This document shows positions 61,700-64,000 of a DNA stretch of 64,000 bases, one piece after another (position 1 is the stretch's first letter; each line of letters opens with the position of its first letter). The translations under genes and the position numbers were made by a program. The stretch is from Harriotta raleighana (lineage: Eukaryota): positions 3,724,540 through 3,788,539 of the forward strand of contig JBNZDD010013718.1 in assembly GCA_050575255.1 (NCBI GenBank). Direction: 5' to 3'. The notes beneath the pieces are model-generated. The model saw nothing but the letters and a program-made list of their open reading frames with translations, ran no database searches and had not been told where the DNA came from.

Positions 61700-62075
61700 T
61701 CCAGATGCCTTCTGGTTAAAGGCCATTTCGTATTACTTATTACTTATCACTAAGCTATGTTACTAGAAGATTGCAGGTTCAAATACTGTACTGAGTAAGC
61801 TGATCACAGCCAGGGCACAAATTAGGGCACTAAGCCATGACCTCCAAGGAGGAGGGGAGGGGTGGGGGGGAAACAGTCTGCTTCTGATAACTAGCCAGTG
61901 ACCACTGCTGGAAGGCAGCAGAATTGTGCAATTCTCCTCAAGATGGAATAGCTTGTTCCCCTATAGAATTATTCCGAGTCCAGGTATCACAGATGACTTT
62001 GGTCAGAGTGTTGTATACTGTATATCGGAAGATTATAAACACCACAAAAGCATCTTCAGATGGGGCAGGAGGGAA
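61700..62075 (+). mobile_element. Old tRNA-SINE of a different family (LF-SINE-like shark SINE)
   Basis: B-box-like ggttcaaatac; ctgagtaagctgatcacagccaggg, ctgataactagccagtgaccactgctgga, gaatagcttg and catcttcag..ggaggg match a recalled chondrichthyan SINE consensus. Confidence 0.55.
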
Positions 62076-62219
62076 ATTAATTTGAAAGAGAATAGTTGAT
62101 GAAACAGATGTCATTTTTTTGTTTTTTTAAGAGGGAAGGCAGCCTACATAATTAATTGAAACACCCGCTTCAATAGAAATCCAACATTTCTAGTGAAATC
62201 TTCCCATCACTGAACAAGT

Positions 62220-62325
62220 GATAATCATCCATACATTTGAAACAATGTCTTTCACATTGAGAGGATCCAGTCTCAAAGTGCTTCACAGGATTTAATGTAA
62301 AGTGTAGTGACTTATATTTTGAACG
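62220..62325 (-). mobile_element. SINE tail fragment
   Basis: catttgaaac..ctttcacattgagagga..gtctcaaagtgcttcacagg..gtaaagtgtagtgac. Confidence 0.7.
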
Positions 62326-63559
62326 TCTCTCCCAAGATTGTTATCTTCAATGCAGTTAAAGGTATTTCTTTTCACAAACCATATCTAGTGCCAAGCATCA
62401 TTTGAGGAAGATGTAATTGTACCTCTTTTATTTGTAACTTTTGAATTTGAACATAACCCACATGACTCCAGTATTCTTAGAGAGACACAGAGAAATCAGA
62501 CATAAAACTCAGCACGACTTCTGACAGTCTGTTTAAAACTCCCTTGGATTCCTGAAAAAACAAAAGATACAGCATAAATTTGTCATCTAGAATATTGTCA
62601 ATTTGTTCCCTCAGTATGCAACTTCTGGATAGTAATTCTAAATGGCACTTGATTGAAAGCATTTGCGGTAATTTCCCTCATGCTTGTCCACTAAATCCAA
62701 AGGAATGAACAAAGGCTGATATGTGGCTGTTAACCCATTGCAGTCAGCGGTTGAGGACTTTCAAAATGTTTGTACCTGATTCAGGGAGCGTGAACGATTT
62801 TAGGGATTTGGAATCAGCATGTGGTTGTATATATCACTTTGCAATCATAACTGTTTTCTTTGGCGTTGCAAAGTAAATGTAACCCAGAGAGGCAGTTACA
62901 GTAGGAAACCCTGTCCGTGAACCACCACTCCCCATCCCCTAGAGATATCCTTATACCATATGGTATGCATTTAATGTGTGAATTAGGCCTAGACACCAAT
63001 TATCATATTATATAAACACAGGTGAGATAGATTTTTGCTCAAGATCAGTGGGTTTTCGAAGTAAAAAAACCTTCCTAATGCTTTATTGCACATAAAATGT
63101 CACATTTGTTGCATTTTCAGGGCATCTTGGCCTTCACTTTCAGGCAATTTATGGTAAAAAAAAACGCACATCTGGTCTTAAAACCTATCAGCTTGGGCTT
63201 GCTGTGCTAATATCAGACAGGAAATAGCAATCTAAAGGCTGAGGGGGTAAATGGCTGCCTCTGTGGTCTGTAATTGGTTCTTTCTGGCTTGTGAAGAATG
63301 GCAAAAGGGGCAAAAGGTGGGAGGCAGTTTAATAAAAAACACATGGCCATCAGCAAGCTTGTGACAGGCTATAAATGTGCTCCACTTACCATTCAGCAAA
63401 ATACGGATCTTGAGTTTTAATAGACTGTACAAAGGAAATTCTCCATTTAAGAGGCTGTAATAATTTTGAATGTTATTCTGCATTGTGGCGCTATTATGGG
63501 AAAGAAAAAGATCACTGTTCTGCTAATTTGATTGTTAAAGAAAAAAATAACAAACGTAA

Positions 63560-63775
63560 TTCAGATAGATGTTTAAGAACCTGTGGCACTATTCAAAAAG
63601 ATAAGGAAGTTTCTCTTAATCTTCTGACCAACAATCCCCCAAATAAAATTGATTGTTCACTTCATGGCTGCTTGTAGGATTTTGCTGTGCACAAATCAAC
63701 TGTTGCATTTGCATACAAATACATTGTCACCACACATCACAGTAAAAAAAATAGTGAGTCACTTTGAATTGGTAA
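63560..63775 (+). mobile_element. DeuSINE 3' half
   Basis: tcagatagatg..tggcactattcaaaaag..gtttctc..ttgtaggattttgctgtgcacaaat. Confidence 0.7.
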
Positions 63776-64000
63776 AAGAGAAATTGGTTGGAACAAAAAC
63801 ATCGTACATATATAAATCTAAGCCCTCCATTTGGAGGAAGCTTTTATTCTTTCACATCTTGCATGACAGTGGTCAATGTTATGGATTAAATACTTCTGTC
63901 AGTGTGCTATTGAAAATCCCAAACAAAGGTGATTATATTTATTTTGTACCCATGCAGCATATTTATTGCAAATAACTCTTATTATCATAGAGCGCTGTAT

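Noticed and set aside
1-64000. CRISPR array, operon or prokaryote-style defence system
   Set aside because: No regularly spaced repeat-spacer array or dense coding; the sequence is vertebrate non-coding DNA with dispersed SINE/LINE repeats.

Overview
AT-rich vertebrate non-coding DNA (large intron or gene desert). The repeat set (shark-type CR1 LINE 3' ends, L2 LINEs, tRNA-headed and Deu-domain SINEs, a Penelope-type terminus) indicates a cartilaginous fish, probably a holocephalan (inference). I found no host protein-coding exon, RNA gene or CRISPR array that I can support. Almost all listed ORFs are chance ORFs or retroelement remnants. Recognisable content: one 5'-truncated CR1 (35994-37013, -), an internally deleted L2 (3310-4230, +), many SINE copies from at least three families, and three TA-flanked Tigger/pogo-like MITEs. 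By manual multi-frame translation there are also two or three heavily decayed DIRS (tyrosine-recombinase retrotransposon) fossils and one old non-LTR RT C-terminal fossil. Several repeat-free, CpG-retaining, motif- and palindrome-rich blocks look like conserved non-coding enhancers (unverified). Three single-N joins carry flanking duplications that are probably assembly artefacts. I see no convincing novel biological system. Repeat family names come from recalled consensus motifs, not from a database search.
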